Assembly (NCBI GenBank): GCA_021781965.1 | Contig: JAJXVU010000006.1 | Coordinates: 24,948 to 88,947 of the forward strand | Reading direction: 5' to 3' | DNA length: 64,000 nucleotides | Origin: Pseudomonadota bacterium | GTDB lineage: Bacteria > Pseudomonadota > Gammaproteobacteria > UBA1113 | In this document: positions 1 to 10,360 of the stretch, in pieces | Layout: each line of letters begins with the position of its first letter | How positions within the stretch are numbered: position 1 is the stretch's first letter | Translations under genes and position numbers: made by a program | Notes under the pieces: model-generated | What the model saw: the letters and a program-made list of their open reading frames with translations, nothing else | Database searches by the model: none | Told to the model about the DNA's origin: nothing

Positions 1-102
1 AGTATTGTCAAAAATACTTGTCTATTCGTACGATTTTGTGTCAACATGCGAGAATGTACCGTAGGGGCCAGCCGCTACGATAATATTAAAACGAGCTATA
101 AA

Positions 103-795
103 ATGACCAATGTTGATACAAAAGAAATCGCTAAATTTTCTAAATTAGCTAACGACTGGTGGGATGAAAACGGCCCACTGCGTACTTTGCACGATATGAA
201 TGCACTGCGCTTGAGCTATATTCTCAACCATACTCCCTTAACGGGTTTAAATGTTTTAGACGTAGGCTGCGGTGGTGGTTTATTAAGTGAAGGCATGAGT
301 TCACATGGCGCTCATGTTTTAGGTATAGATCTAGATGAAAAAAGTATAGCGGTTGCAAAAGAACACGCAGCGCAATCTGGCTTACAGGTAGATTACCAAT
401 GCATTGCCATAGAAACGTTGGCGCTAGAAAAAACACAGCAATTTGATGTCATCACTTGTTTGGAACTGTTAGAACACGTGCCCGATCCCGCACAAATCAT
501 TCAAAATTGCGCGCAATTGTTAAAACCCAATGGCTTTTTATATCTATCTACCATCAACCGCAATGTTAAATCCTATGGTTTAGCCATTGTGGCGGCGGAA
601 TATATTCTAGGTTTATTGCCACGCGGAACGCACGATTTTGAACGTTTTATCAAGCCTTCGGAATTAACCGCCTATTGCCGTGCGGCTGATTTAAGCTTGC
701 ATCATCTGCAAGGATTACAATATCAACCCTTCAAACGACAAACACGTTTTTGCGATGATTTGAGCGTAAATTATATAGCGATGTTTCGAAGATAA
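103..795 (+). CDS. ubiG: Ubiquinone biosynthesis O-methyltransferase UbiG
   Basis: ORF 46..795. SAM-binding motif LDVGCGGGLLSE. The N-terminus IAKFSKLANDWWD...LRTLHDMNALRLSYI is typical of UbiG. The ATG at 103 (MTNVD...) fits the family N-terminus better than the ATG at 46. Confidence 0.9.
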   Translation: MTNVDTKEIAKFSKLANDWWDENGPLRTLHDMNALRLSYILNHTPLTGLNVLDVGCGGGLLSEGMSSHGAHVLGIDLDEKSIAVAKEHAAQSGLQVDYQCIAIETLALEKTQQFDVITCLELLEHVPDPAQIIQNCAQLLKPNGFLYLSTINRNVKSYGLAIVAAEYILGLLPRGTHDFERFIKPSELTAYCRAADLSLHHLQGLQYQPFKRQTRFCDDLSVNYIAMFRR

Positions 796-816
796 GGGCG
801 ATTCATGAATCGCCCT
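795..816. terminator. Perfect 22-bp palindrome (AGGGCGATTCA/TGAATCGCCCT) between convergent genes; likely bidirectional terminator hairpin
   Basis: Read directly. It overlaps the ubiG stop codon and lies 23 bp from the stop of the convergent 839..1558 gene. There is no clear U-tract. Confidence 0.45.
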
Positions 817-838
817 CTACACAATCTGTAAAACACAG

Positions 839-1558
839 TTACTTTCTTTGCGGACTGGCTCTTTGTCCATTTTGTGGTTGCTCTAGCTCTGTAATTTTCG
901 CACCCACTGCCTCAACTTTCGTCCTCAATTCTCTGCTAAGAATTTTTTCTTTTAATATCGTGTCCACAAGCTTTCTAGCGTCATCTAATGATTGAGTGCG
1001 ATTCAATGAATCCACAAATTTTTGTCGCTCACCCATCACATCGCTTATTTTACCAAAAAATGTATAAGCAGATATGGGCTTGGATTCATCTGTTAAAGTA
1101 GAATTAAATGCATCTACTAATTGAGGCTTTTGTGTGTCGATATACGTTCGGTACACTAACTCTTCTGCCTTAATTGCTGCATCTTCTATAGCGTTGTTAT
1201 AGCGTACAATAGCGTTGTTATAGCGCTCGGTTGGTTTAGCACCATATATTTCAACTAAAACCTTAGCAATCTCAAGCTTACCTCGGGATATAGCTATATC
1301 GACCAATCGGTTGACAAATCCACCTCTTGCGAAGAAATGACCATTGCCGTCCACGGGAAGGCTGGTATTTACGCCTACCTCATCAGGGAAAAAGGAACAT
1401 TTACCCTCGCTCAAAATCTGCTCAAAGGACTCGGATGATGAAAGAAATACCTCGAAAGCATTTCCCGTTGATATCACAAGCTTGCCATCTCTTTTATCCA
1501 TGCCCTGAATGGGGGGCACATCGTTAACCGTAAACTGTTTATAATCTGCAGCCATCAT
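839..1558 (-). CDS. Hypothetical protein, no family recognised
   Basis: 239-aa ORF with no competing ORF. It contains an in-frame 21-bp tandem duplication (1188..1229, peptide RYNNAIV/RYNNAIE). One helix pair (ISRGKLEIAKVLVEIYGAKP) is only vaguely ankyrin-like. Confidence 0.55.
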   Translation of the reverse strand: MMAADYKQFTVNDVPPIQGMDKRDGKLVISTGNAFEVFLSSSESFEQILSEGKCSFFPDEVGVNTSLPVDGNGHFFARGGFVNRLVDIAISRGKLEIAKVLVEIYGAKPTERYNNAIVRYNNAIEDAAIKAEELVYRTYIDTQKPQLVDAFNSTLTDESKPISAYTFFGKISDVMGERQKFVDSLNRTQSLDDARKLVDTILKEKILSRELRTKVEAVGAKITELEQPQNGQRASPQRK

Positions 1559-1778
1559 TTACCTCTCTATACTATGTTGTTTATACTTAAAAAATTTAAG
1601 TTCACTTTCTTCCAATTCGGCCCATGGCCGTGCTAAGTAAATTAACATGGAAAGCTTAAGGAATTATTAAAGAACCCTATGAAATTGAGACTCAGCAAAT
1701 TTAATCTTAAAAAAATACTGCAAAAACACATAACCCCTTAAAATGTATACAAAAACACCCCCATAGTGCCCCCAATGG

Positions 1779-1786
1779 TCTATACT
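1779..1786 (+). promoter_or_regulatory. Candidate -10 element TCTATACT (sigmaS-type extended -10) upstream of prkA
   Basis: TCTATACT lies 30 nt upstream of the prkA ATG with no good -35. E. coli yeaG is known to be RpoS-dependent. This is a motif match only. Confidence 0.25.
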
Positions 1787-1815
1787 GATTAAAGAAAAGA
1801 CAAAAGGGGGCGTAT

Positions 1816-3741
1816 ATGTCAGACCTACTCAGCAATTACCAACAGCGCTTTGATGCGCGTCATCAAGAAGAAATGAGCTTGATGGAATATTTGGAGTTAT
1901 GCAAAAAAGACCCTACGGCCTATGCCAATGCCGCTGAGCGACTATACAAGGCCATAGGCGAACCCAAAGCCGTTGATACACGACGCGATCCGGTGTTAAG
2001 CCGTATTTTTTCAAACCGCATCATTCAAGTATATGACACCTTTAGTGATTTTTATGGCATGGAAGAAACGATCATGCAAATCGTTGCTTACGTAAAACAT
2101 GCTGCACAAGGCTTAGAAGAAAGAAAACAAATTTTGTATTTGCTAGGCCCGGTAGGCGGCGGTAAATCATCACTGGCGGAACGTTTAAAATTATTAATAG
2201 AAAAAGAACCCATTTACGCCATTAAAGATTCGCCCGTACAAGAAAGTCCTTTGGGTTTATTTTCTAAGCATGAAGATGGAGAATTATTAGAAGAAAAATA
2301 TGGCATTCCCAAACGTTACTTGAATACCATTATGTCGCCTTGGGCTGTAAAACGTTTAAATGAGTTCAACGGCGATATTACAAAATTTCGTGTCGTTAAA
2401 ATCTACCCTTCTATTTTAAATCAAGTCGCCATCAGCAAAACAGAACCTGGCGATGAAAACAATCAAGACATTTCTGCGTTAGTTGGTAAAGTAGATATAC
2501 GTAAATTAGAACATTTTTCACAAAACGATGCGGATGCGTACAGTTTCTCGGGTAGCTTGTGCCGTGCTAACCGCGGCTTGATGGAATTTGTAGAAATGTT
2601 TAAGGCACCGATTAAAGTATTGCATCCCTTATTAACTGCTACCCAAGAAGGCAATTACAACGCCACCGAAGGCATTTCATCCATTCCCTTCGACGGTATA
2701 ATACTCGCTCACTCCAACGAAGCCGAATGGTATACATTTAAAAACAATAAAAACAATGAGGCTTTCATCGATCGCGTGACTATTATTAAGGTTCCTTACT
2801 GCTTGCGAGTTTCTGAGGAAATTAAAATATACCAAAAGCTAATAGAGCACAGCTCTTTGAAAAAAGAACCTTGTGCACCGGATACATTCAGCATTATGGC
2901 TGAATTTGCAGTATTGTCGCGTTTGAAAGAACCCGAGAATTCCAGCATTTACTCCAAAATGCGCATTTACAATGGCGAAAACTTAAAAGACATCGATCCT
3001 AAAGCAAAGTCCTATCAAGAATACAAAGACTATGCAGGTGTCACCGAGGGCATGAATGGTTTATCCACTCGTTTCTCCTTTAAAATACTGTCTAAAGTGT
3101 TTAATTTCGACAGCAATGAAGTGTCTGCTAACCCAGTACATTTGTTTTACATCATAGAAAGACAAATAGAGGATGAACAATTTCCAACAGAGACTAGAGA
3201 TCGCTATTTGGGTTTTCTAAAAGAATATCTAGTACCACATTATATAGAATTTGTAGGCAAGGAAATACAAACGGCCTACTTGGAATCATATTCTGAATAT
3301 GGCCAAAACATCTTTGACCGTTATGTAAGTTTCGCCGATTTTTGGATCCAAGATCAAGATTACCGTGATCCAGACACAGGTGAAATCTACGACAGAAGTA
3401 CTTTAAATAATGAGTTGGAACAAATTGAAAAACCATCTGGCATTTCCAACCCTAAAGATTTTCGCCATGAAATTGTTAATTTTGTGCTACGCGCCAGAGC
3501 TAATAACAAGGGTAAAAATCCCGTTTGGCATAGCTATGAAAAATTGCGCAGCGTCATCGAAAAGAAAATGTTTTCAAACACAGAAGATTTACTTCCCATC
3601 ATCTCCTTTAATCCTAAATCTTCTGAGGAAGAAAAGAAAAAGCACGATGAATTCATTCAACGCATGGTGGACAAAGGTTATACTACTAGACAGGTCAAAT
3701 TATTGTGTGAGTGGTATTTACGAGTTAGAAAATCAAATTAA
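1816..3741 (+). CDS. prkA: PrkA/YeaG family serine protein kinase (AAA-like P-loop + kinase domain)
   Basis: 641 aa. P-loop LLGPVGGGKSS. The full-length architecture and the downstream yeaH and spoVR partners match the conserved yeaG-yeaH-ycgB module. GGGGG Shine-Dalgarno lies 7 nt upstream. Confidence 0.92.
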   Translation: MSDLLSNYQQRFDARHQEEMSLMEYLELCKKDPTAYANAAERLYKAIGEPKAVDTRRDPVLSRIFSNRIIQVYDTFSDFYGMEETIMQIVAYVKHAAQGLEERKQILYLLGPVGGGKSSLAERLKLLIEKEPIYAIKDSPVQESPLGLFSKHEDGELLEEKYGIPKRYLNTIMSPWAVKRLNEFNGDITKFRVVKIYPSILNQVAISKTEPGDENNQDISALVGKVDIRKLEHFSQNDADAYSFSGSLCRANRGLMEFVEMFKAPIKVLHPLLTATQEGNYNATEGISSIPFDGIILAHSNEAEWYTFKNNKNNEAFIDRVTIIKVPYCLRVSEEIKIYQKLIEHSSLKKEPCAPDTFSIMAEFAVLSRLKEPENSSIYSKMRIYNGENLKDIDPKAKSYQEYKDYAGVTEGMNGLSTRFSFKILSKVFNFDSNEVSANPVHLFYIIERQIEDEQFPTETRDRYLGFLKEYLVPHYIEFVGKEIQTAYLESYSEYGQNIFDRYVSFADFWIQDQDYRDPDTGEIYDRSTLNNELEQIEKPSGISNPKDFRHEIVNFVLRARANNKGKNPVWHSYEKLRSVIEKKMFSNTEDLLPIISFNPKSSEEEKKKHDEFIQRMVDKGYTTRQVKLLCEWYLRVRKSN

Positions 3742-3753
3742 GAGACCGCCACC

Positions 3754-5019
3754 ATGTCACAGTTCATCGATAGGCGCACAAATGGACGAAATAAAAGCAC
3801 GGTCAGCCGTCAACGCTTTCTAAATCGTTTTAAAAAACAGATCAAAGAATCTATCACCCGGGCTTTAAGCCAACGCAGCATTACCGACATCCATGTAGGT
3901 GAAAAAATAACCGTTTCTAAGAAAGACATCAATGAACCTTTTTTCCACCATGCTCCTGGTGGCAGTATAAGCCGTGTATTTCCTGGCAACAAGGAATATA
4001 GCGTAGGCGATACAATTGCGAGACCTCCTTCCTCACAGCAGCAAGGCCCGGGTGGAGAAGCAAGTGATCAAGGTGAAGGCATAGATGAGTTTACCTTCGA
4101 AATCAACAAAGATGAATTTTTAGATTTTTTCTTTGAAGACTTGGAATTACCCGATTTGGTCAAAACCGAATTAAAAGCCCTGCCACAATTTAAAAACGTT
4201 AAAAGTGGCTTATCGCTTTATGGCTCACCCAGCAATATTAATATTACCCGCTCTTTTAGAAAAGCCTTAGGGCGCAGAATTGCCTTTGGTACTGATAAAC
4301 GCAAAAAAATTAAAATAGCTGAGGACAGACTATCAAAATTAACTAAAAATAGTGGGGCAAACTCCCCCAGACGCTTACGCTTAAAAAAATACATTGCTTT
4401 CATGAAAGAAAAAATTATAGCTATTCCATTTATAGACACTTTTGATATTTTATACAACCGAACCACCAAACAAATCAATCCTTCTACGCAAGCGATTATG
4501 TTTTGCGTGATGGATGTTTCAGGCTCGATGGATGAAGCCAAAAAAGATATGGCAAAACGTTTTTTTATTTTGCTCTATTTATTTCTAACTAGAACTTATC
4601 AAAAGATAAAGATTATTTTTATACGCCATCATACCAGTGCCAAAGAAGTAGACGAACAAGAATTCTTTTATTCTAGAGAAACGGGTGGCACCGTGGTTTC
4701 CAGCGCCTTAGAGTTAATATACGATATTATCATCGACCGCTATGCTACCAATGACTGGAATATCTATGTAGCCCAAGCCTCCGATGGCGACAACTGGAAT
4801 ACCGACTCACCCTATTGTCAAAGCCTATTAAAAGAAAAAATAATGCCTTTAGTGCAATATTATGCTTATATTGAAATTATGCCTAGGCATCACCAAAGCC
4901 TATGGAATTCATACTTAACTGTAAAAGAAGAGCATAACAATTTTGCCATGCAAACAATTTCTAAACCTAGTGATATTTTTACAGTATTGCATGCATTATT
5001 TAAGAGAAAAGCGTCATGA
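3754..5019 (+). CDS. yeaH: YeaH/YhbH family protein (DUF444, vWA-like)
   Basis: 421 aa. MIDAS-like DVSGSM motif. It sits immediately downstream of prkA. Confidence 0.88.
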   Translation: MSQFIDRRTNGRNKSTVSRQRFLNRFKKQIKESITRALSQRSITDIHVGEKITVSKKDINEPFFHHAPGGSISRVFPGNKEYSVGDTIARPPSSQQQGPGGEASDQGEGIDEFTFEINKDEFLDFFFEDLELPDLVKTELKALPQFKNVKSGLSLYGSPSNINITRSFRKALGRRIAFGTDKRKKIKIAEDRLSKLTKNSGANSPRRLRLKKYIAFMKEKIIAIPFIDTFDILYNRTTKQINPSTQAIMFCVMDVSGSMDEAKKDMAKRFFILLYLFLTRTYQKIKIIFIRHHTSAKEVDEQEFFYSRETGGTVVSSALELIYDIIIDRYATNDWNIYVAQASDGDNWNTDSPYCQSLLKEKIMPLVQYYAYIEIMPRHHQSLWNSYLTVKEEHNNFAMQTISKPSDIFTVLHALFKRKAS

Positions 5020-6545
5020 AAATGAAAGGCACGCTATTGCCGCAAAGTTCAGAATGGACTTTTGAATCATTGCTATTGTATGAAAAAGCAATAGGCGACA
5101 TCGCCAAAGAATTTCATCTGGACACCTATTCCAATCAAATTGAAGTAATTTCCTCTGAGCAGATGATAGACTTATACGCCTCAACGGGGCTACCTATCAA
5201 TTACCCACACTGGTCTTTTGGCAAGCAATTCGTCAATACAGAGAAACTGTATCTCAAAGGTTATACCAATTTATCGTATGAAATGGTGATAAATTCAAAT
5301 CCTTGCATCAGCTATTTACTAGAAGAAAACTCCATGACTATGCAAGCGATTGTCATCGCCCACGCTTGCTACGGTCACAACTCTTTTTTCAAAAATAATT
5401 ATCTTTTTAAGACCTGGACCAATGCCGAGTCTATTATCGATTACATGGTTTTTGCTAAAAACTATATACACAAATGCGAACAAAAATATGGCGCGAATGC
5501 CGTAGAAGAATTATTAGATGCTTGTCACGCTTTAAAGAACTATGGTGTTGATCGTTATAAACGACCACAGAAAATATCTTTGCACGAAGAAGAGGCTAGA
5601 CAAACAGAGCGGGCGGCTTATAGGCAAAGCCAGGTGAATGATCTATGGCGAACCATACCGAATAATTTTCAAAAGAAACAAAACACAAGTAACAAAAAGC
5701 ATCGTTTCCCTAAAGAACCTGAAGAAAACTTGCTTTATTTTTTAGAAAAAAATGCTCCTTTATTAGAGCCATGGCAACGTGAAATTATACGTATTTCCAG
5801 GAAGATTGCTCAATATTTTTATCCACAGAAATTAACCAAGGTAATGAATGAAGGTTGGGCTACTTTCTGGCATTATACTATCATCAACGAACTATATAAT
5901 AGAAATATGGTTTCAGATGCTTTCATGATGGATTTTATTAAAAATCATACCAACCTAGTTTATCAATTGCCTTATGATAATCCAAACTATTTTGGCATTA
6001 ACCCCTACACTTTTGGTTATAACCTGTTCTCGGATATCAACCGCATGTGTACTGCGCCTACAGATGAAGATAGATTATTTTTCCCTGAATTGACGCAGCA
6101 AAAGCCCTTAGAGGCCCTTGATTTTGCCATGCGTAACTTTAAAGATGAAAGTTTTATCTTACAATATCTTTCGCCTAAATTGATGCGCGATTTAAAATTA
6201 TTTGCCATTTTAGATGATGAAAAAGCCCCTAATATTAAAGTAACTGCCATACACAATAGCGCCGGTTATGAATCATTACGGCAGTTATTGAGCCAACAAT
6301 ATAATTTGGCCTTTGTAGAGCCTAATATTCAAATCTATGATGTCAATGTCAAAGACGATCGCTCTATTATATTACGCCATGTGCAAACCGATCACAGACC
6401 CTTAGATGAAGAATCAACGGAGAAAGTATTACACTATTTTCATTCGTTATGGGGCTTTGATGTAGTACTAGAAAGCGTTTCTCCGGAAGGCACCGTATTA
6501 AAAATATTCCGCTGCCCTGCTATTGCACCGCCCAGCAACGCATGA
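5016..6545 (+). CDS. SpoVR/YcgB family protein
   Basis: 509 aa. The start overlaps the yeaH stop (ATGA). It has conserved SpoVR-like blocks (HACYGHNSFFKNN, EGWATFWH) and is the third member of the prkA module. Confidence 0.88.
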   Translation: MKMKGTLLPQSSEWTFESLLLYEKAIGDIAKEFHLDTYSNQIEVISSEQMIDLYASTGLPINYPHWSFGKQFVNTEKLYLKGYTNLSYEMVINSNPCISYLLEENSMTMQAIVIAHACYGHNSFFKNNYLFKTWTNAESIIDYMVFAKNYIHKCEQKYGANAVEELLDACHALKNYGVDRYKRPQKISLHEEEARQTERAAYRQSQVNDLWRTIPNNFQKKQNTSNKKHRFPKEPEENLLYFLEKNAPLLEPWQREIIRISRKIAQYFYPQKLTKVMNEGWATFWHYTIINELYNRNMVSDAFMMDFIKNHTNLVYQLPYDNPNYFGINPYTFGYNLFSDINRMCTAPTDEDRLFFPELTQQKPLEALDFAMRNFKDESFILQYLSPKLMRDLKLFAILDDEKAPNIKVTAIHNSAGYESLRQLLSQQYNLAFVEPNIQIYDVNVKDDRSIILRHVQTDHRPLDEESTEKVLHYFHSLWGFDVVLESVSPEGTVLKIFRCPAIAPPSNA

Positions 6546-6560
6546 GTCGCATTGAATAAT

Positions 6561-6657
6561 GGTTCCGAGCGAGAATTTCCGCTCTTTTATTCCCGCTCCC
6601 TGACGGTCGCGGCTCGGAAAATCGCGGCTCGGAACATCGCGAATAGTTACTCTGAGC
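6561..6657 (+). repeat. REP family 1 copy (CGCGGCTCGG modules; core CCGCTCCCTGACGGTCGCGGCTCGG at 6592..6617)
   Basis: Intergenic, between convergent spoVR and nhaA. The core recurs at 18020, 19890 (inverted), 41290 and 43154 (inverted). Confidence 0.8.
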
Positions 6658-6663
6658 CTATGC

Positions 6664-7878
6664 TCAATCCGGCAATTTAGGCCTTTTAATCCTCCGTGCG
6701 ACAATGCGCTGCGGAGCAGTGACATGTCTTAACACCCAATAACCCACTACGCCCGATAATACAGAAGCGCCAAAAACACCCACCTTAACCATGAGGTGAT
6801 AATTACCCACTGGAAAAGCCAAATTCCCCACAAAAAGACTCATCGTAAACCCTATGCCAGCTAAAATAGCCACTCCATAGATCATTGGAAAATCAACGCC
6901 GTTGGGCAAATTAGCGGCTTTTGATTTAATGGCTAGCCAACATGCCATAAAAATTCCCAAAGGCTTACCAAAAAATAAGCCCGCAAAAATACCCAGTGTG
7001 ATCGGATGGTATAGACTACTTTCGGTCACTCGCGATAGCTGCACTCCTGCATTCGCAAAGGCGAATAGTGGCAGAATGACATAAGCAACCCAGGGATGCA
7101 GATAACTTTCAATCTTACGCGAAGGTAAATGGAAATGATTGCGCTTATCATCCAGTGGATAAGCAAAGGCCAAGGCAATCCCCGCCAAGGTGGCATGAAC
7201 ACCTGATCCTAATACGCACAGCCATAATATAAAACCAACGATGGCATAAGGGGTAAACCGCACCAGTCCGATGCGGTTAAATATAATTAAAATGGTAATG
7301 CAGAAAAAAGAGGCGATCACCAACAGCCAAGATAAGCCCGTCGTATAAAAAACGGCAATCACAACGATAGCGCCCAAGTCATCGATAATAGCCAGTGCCG
7401 TTAGAAAAACCTTCAAGGAGGTAGGAATACGCGATTTCAGTAAGGACAATACGCCCAATGAAAAAGCTATGTCGGTTGCAGTAGGAATAGCCCAGCCTTG
7501 AAGATATTCACTATGCCCCTTATTGACCAATAGATAGATTGCCGCTGGCACGACAATGCCGCCCAATGCAGCCACTAAGGGCAATAAAGCATTAGACAAA
7601 CTGCTCAATTCACCCACCACCAATTCGCGCTTGATTTCCAAACCCACTAGCAGAAAAAAGATAGCCATCAAACCGTCGTTGATCCAATATTGTATCGGTT
7701 CGGCGATGCTCAATGCACCTACGCCAAAAGTAAGGTGTACATTGATAAAGAAATTATGATACAAAGCTTGCAATGGCGTATTGCTGATGATCAGAGCCGC
7801 GATGGCAGCAAAAAATAACAACCCGCCACTTAAGGATTCTACATGACTAAAACGCTTAAAAAATGATTGCTTCGCCAT
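6664..7878 (-). CDS. nhaA: Na+/H+ antiporter NhaA
   Basis: 404-aa polytopic membrane protein. It carries NhaA signature regions (WINDGLMAIFF, ALAIIDDLGAI). Confidence 0.9.
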   Translation of the reverse strand: MAKQSFFKRFSHVESLSGGLLFFAAIAALIISNTPLQALYHNFFINVHLTFGVGALSIAEPIQYWINDGLMAIFFLLVGLEIKRELVVGELSSLSNALLPLVAALGGIVVPAAIYLLVNKGHSEYLQGWAIPTATDIAFSLGVLSLLKSRIPTSLKVFLTALAIIDDLGAIVVIAVFYTTGLSWLLVIASFFCITILIIFNRIGLVRFTPYAIVGFILWLCVLGSGVHATLAGIALAFAYPLDDKRNHFHLPSRKIESYLHPWVAYVILPLFAFANAGVQLSRVTESSLYHPITLGIFAGLFFGKPLGIFMACWLAIKSKAANLPNGVDFPMIYGVAILAGIGFTMSLFVGNLAFPVGNYHLMVKVGVFGASVLSGVVGYWVLRHVTAPQRIVARRIKRPKLPD

Positions 7879-7891
7879 ACCCTATCCTTAG

Positions 7892-8602
7892 TTAGTCATC
7901 CGCCCAAATCACTTTAGCGGATTGTTGCTTCATTTTACGTAGATATTCTTCATGCTGCTGTTGTTCTGCATCATTAGCACTATAAACTGGTAACGACTGT
8001 ATTTCAACCGCTATATTATTGCTCTGTGTGACAGCTTCAGCAGTTAACGCTGTTAAAGGGCTATGATCTGCAAACAAGCTATATTGACCGCTGGTCATGG
8101 CCAAATAAACCTGTGCTAATAATTGCGCATCGATTAAAGCGCCGTGATAATGTCGTTGACTATTGTCTATAGAGAGGCGTTTACACACCGCATCTAAATT
8201 ATTTTTTTGTCTAGGATATTTTTGTCGCGCCATCACTAAGGTATCTATGATAGACCAGCCCTTTTCTAAGCGCTCGGGGCGTCTACATAGTTTTAACTCT
8301 CGTTGCAAAAAGCCTACATCAAAAGGCGCATTATGTATGATAAGTTCCGCATCTTCAATATAGGCCATTAAATCATTGACAATATGACTAAATAACGGTT
8401 TATCGGCTAAGAAAGTATCGCTTAAACCATGCACGGCCATAGCGCCCGCATCTACAGCGCGTTCAGGATTAATATAACAATGATACGTTGAACCGGTAAT
8501 GCGCCTATCGATAATTTCAACGCACGCAACTTCAATAATGCGATGCCCGTCTTTAACATCCAAACCCGTTGTTTCTGTATCGATGCTAATTTGCCTACTC
8601 AT
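7892..8602 (-). CDS. dnaQ: DNA polymerase III epsilon subunit (3'-5' exonuclease)
   Basis: Exo motifs DTETTG, HNAPFDVGFL and HGALIDAQLLAQVY. It is adjacent to rnhA. Confidence 0.92.
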   Translation of the reverse strand: MSRQISIDTETTGLDVKDGHRIIEVACVEIIDRRITGSTYHCYINPERAVDAGAMAVHGLSDTFLADKPLFSHIVNDLMAYIEDAELIIHNAPFDVGFLQRELKLCRRPERLEKGWSIIDTLVMARQKYPRQKNNLDAVCKRLSIDNSQRHYHGALIDAQLLAQVYLAMTSGQYSLFADHSPLTALTAEAVTQSNNIAVEIQSLPVYSANDAEQQQHEEYLRKMKQQSAKVIWADD

Positions 8603-8611
8603 CTAATTTCC

Positions 8612-9046
8612 TTATAATAATTCATCGATCGCCTGACGTGCTAAACTATCTGCGCGTTCATTATGTATATTGCCTACATGCGCCTTAACCCAATGCCAAT
8701 GCACTTGATGGCGAGCGGCTTCTGCTAACAAACTTTGCCATAAGTCCTGATTTTTAACCAGTTGCCCCGTAGACGTACGCCAATTGCGACGCTGCCAGCC
8801 TATAACCCATTCTTTAATACCCTTTTGCACATATTGCGAATCGGTGTATAAATTGATTATACAGCTGCGCTTTAATACTCGCAGACCCATAATGGCCGCA
8901 GTTAACTCCATACGATTGTTGGTAGTGTCTTTTTCTGCGCCCTGCAAGGTCTCTTCCTCACCATCACAGGAAAACCAAACACCCCAACCACCGGGCCCAG
9001 GATTGTGCCTACAAGCGCCATCCGTATACATAGTTACTGTCTTCAT
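8612..9046 (-). CDS. rnhA: Ribonuclease HI
   Basis: 144 aa. Motifs YTDGAC...GPGGWG, MELTAAI, TDSQYV and HNERADSLA. Confidence 0.93.
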   Translation of the reverse strand: MKTVTMYTDGACRHNPGPGGWGVWFSCDGEEETLQGAEKDTTNNRMELTAAIMGLRVLKRSCIINLYTDSQYVQKGIKEWVIGWQRRNWRTSTGQLVKNQDLWQSLLAEAARHQVHWHWVKAHVGNIHNERADSLARQAIDELL

Positions 9047-9891
9047 TATTTATACCCTTCGTCTTTCAAGCCGTGGCTTTGTTGTGTGTTTAACGGATTG
9101 TTTATATCTTGGTCTGGTAACGAAGTGACTTGTCTTCTAGGTATATTCTGCATCGGTAATACAGGCTCTTTATTGCTTAAAGTCTGTTTTTGCCATTTTA
9201 CCTCAAGCGGCGTTAAACGTACCATATGTTTACGCGCAAAAATTAAATAAACTCCACCCCAGGTCGGACATACTCCCTGCCCCAACGTTTCCACCAAATC
9301 GCGTCGCCGCACACTGCCTAAAATAGTAGAGGAAAATGAAAATAAAAAGGTTTTAATCGATTCGATCTCGCAATCCGCTTCTTCCAGCCATCGCCTAACC
9401 CGCCCGATGCGTTGCCATTTTAAGCCCCAAGGCAATTCGTTACGGCTCCATGCTAAAACTTGTTTAATGGGTGTAAAAACACCTACTGGATTAAAACCCA
9501 AAATTAACATCGTTCCTTCCGGCATCAAAGCGTCTGCCGCAGCATGAATCACCGCTTCCGGATCGGCAGACAAATCTAGGGTATGCGGTAAAACAAACGT
9601 ATCTATGGAATTCTGCGCCAAAGGCAGCTGATCAAAATCACAACATAATGTCGTTTCATGATTGTTATTATGGTGCTGCGGTATACACCAAATATGATTG
9701 CGTATGGGGCTAGGATGTAAAGCCTTCAGTGAATGACTGCCCCCTAATTGTAGCAAATAATAGCCAAAACATTGCTTTAAATAGTCCTCTAGCCATTCCG
9801 ATTCGGCAGCATAAACATAACGACCCAAGGGTGTTTCATACCATTGTTCCAGGTCAAGGTAAGTATATTTTTTACTCAAATTATCCCTCAT
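9046..9891 (-). CDS. YafS-like class I SAM-dependent methyltransferase
   Basis: 281 aa. It shares blocks with E. coli YafS (LPHTLD...DP, GFNP, ...ARK...LTP). The stop overlaps the rnhA start by 1 nt. In E. coli yafS also neighbours rnhA. Confidence 0.7.
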   Translation of the reverse strand: MRDNLSKKYTYLDLEQWYETPLGRYVYAAESEWLEDYLKQCFGYYLLQLGGSHSLKALHPSPIRNHIWCIPQHHNNNHETTLCCDFDQLPLAQNSIDTFVLPHTLDLSADPEAVIHAAADALMPEGTMLILGFNPVGVFTPIKQVLAWSRNELPWGLKWQRIGRVRRWLEEADCEIESIKTFLFSFSSTILGSVRRRDLVETLGQGVCPTWGGVYLIFARKHMVRLTPLEVKWQKQTLSNKEPVLPMQNIPRRQVTSLPDQDINNPLNTQQSHGLKDEGYK

Positions 9892-9935
9892 TCTCTATTG
9901 TTTTCCATCCCCATTATCACTATAATGGGCACCAC

Positions 9936-10008
<73 letters not shown>

Positions 10009-10360
10009 GTAGGGCGCAATGACTTACAACACATTCCCAGAAGCCAAAATTTCACGGTGCTACGGATTGCGGGGAAGTAAATGCCATGCAATCCCCCCTA
10101 CCTAAGAGAAATAGTCACTTTTACTCTATGCCATGGTGATTTTGTTCTTAAAAAGAACACTATAATCTACCGAACAAGCCATGCAATGAATTAATAGGAT
10201 GATGACACAAAATCGGTTGTTGTTCCAGTATAGGGAAGTAGGCCTCCAGCTTATATTTTGTGTACTGGCCGGCTCTATACCGCATAATCAGATGAGTAAA
10301 AATAAGTAGTAGTGAAAACAGAACTTTCATATAGTAAACTAAATTAGCGAGAATTTTTTA

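Noticed and set aside
3410-3823. 137-aa ORF overlapping the prkA 3' end and the yeaH 5' end.
   Set aside because: It is an alternative frame of two well-supported genes, with low-complexity content and no homology features.
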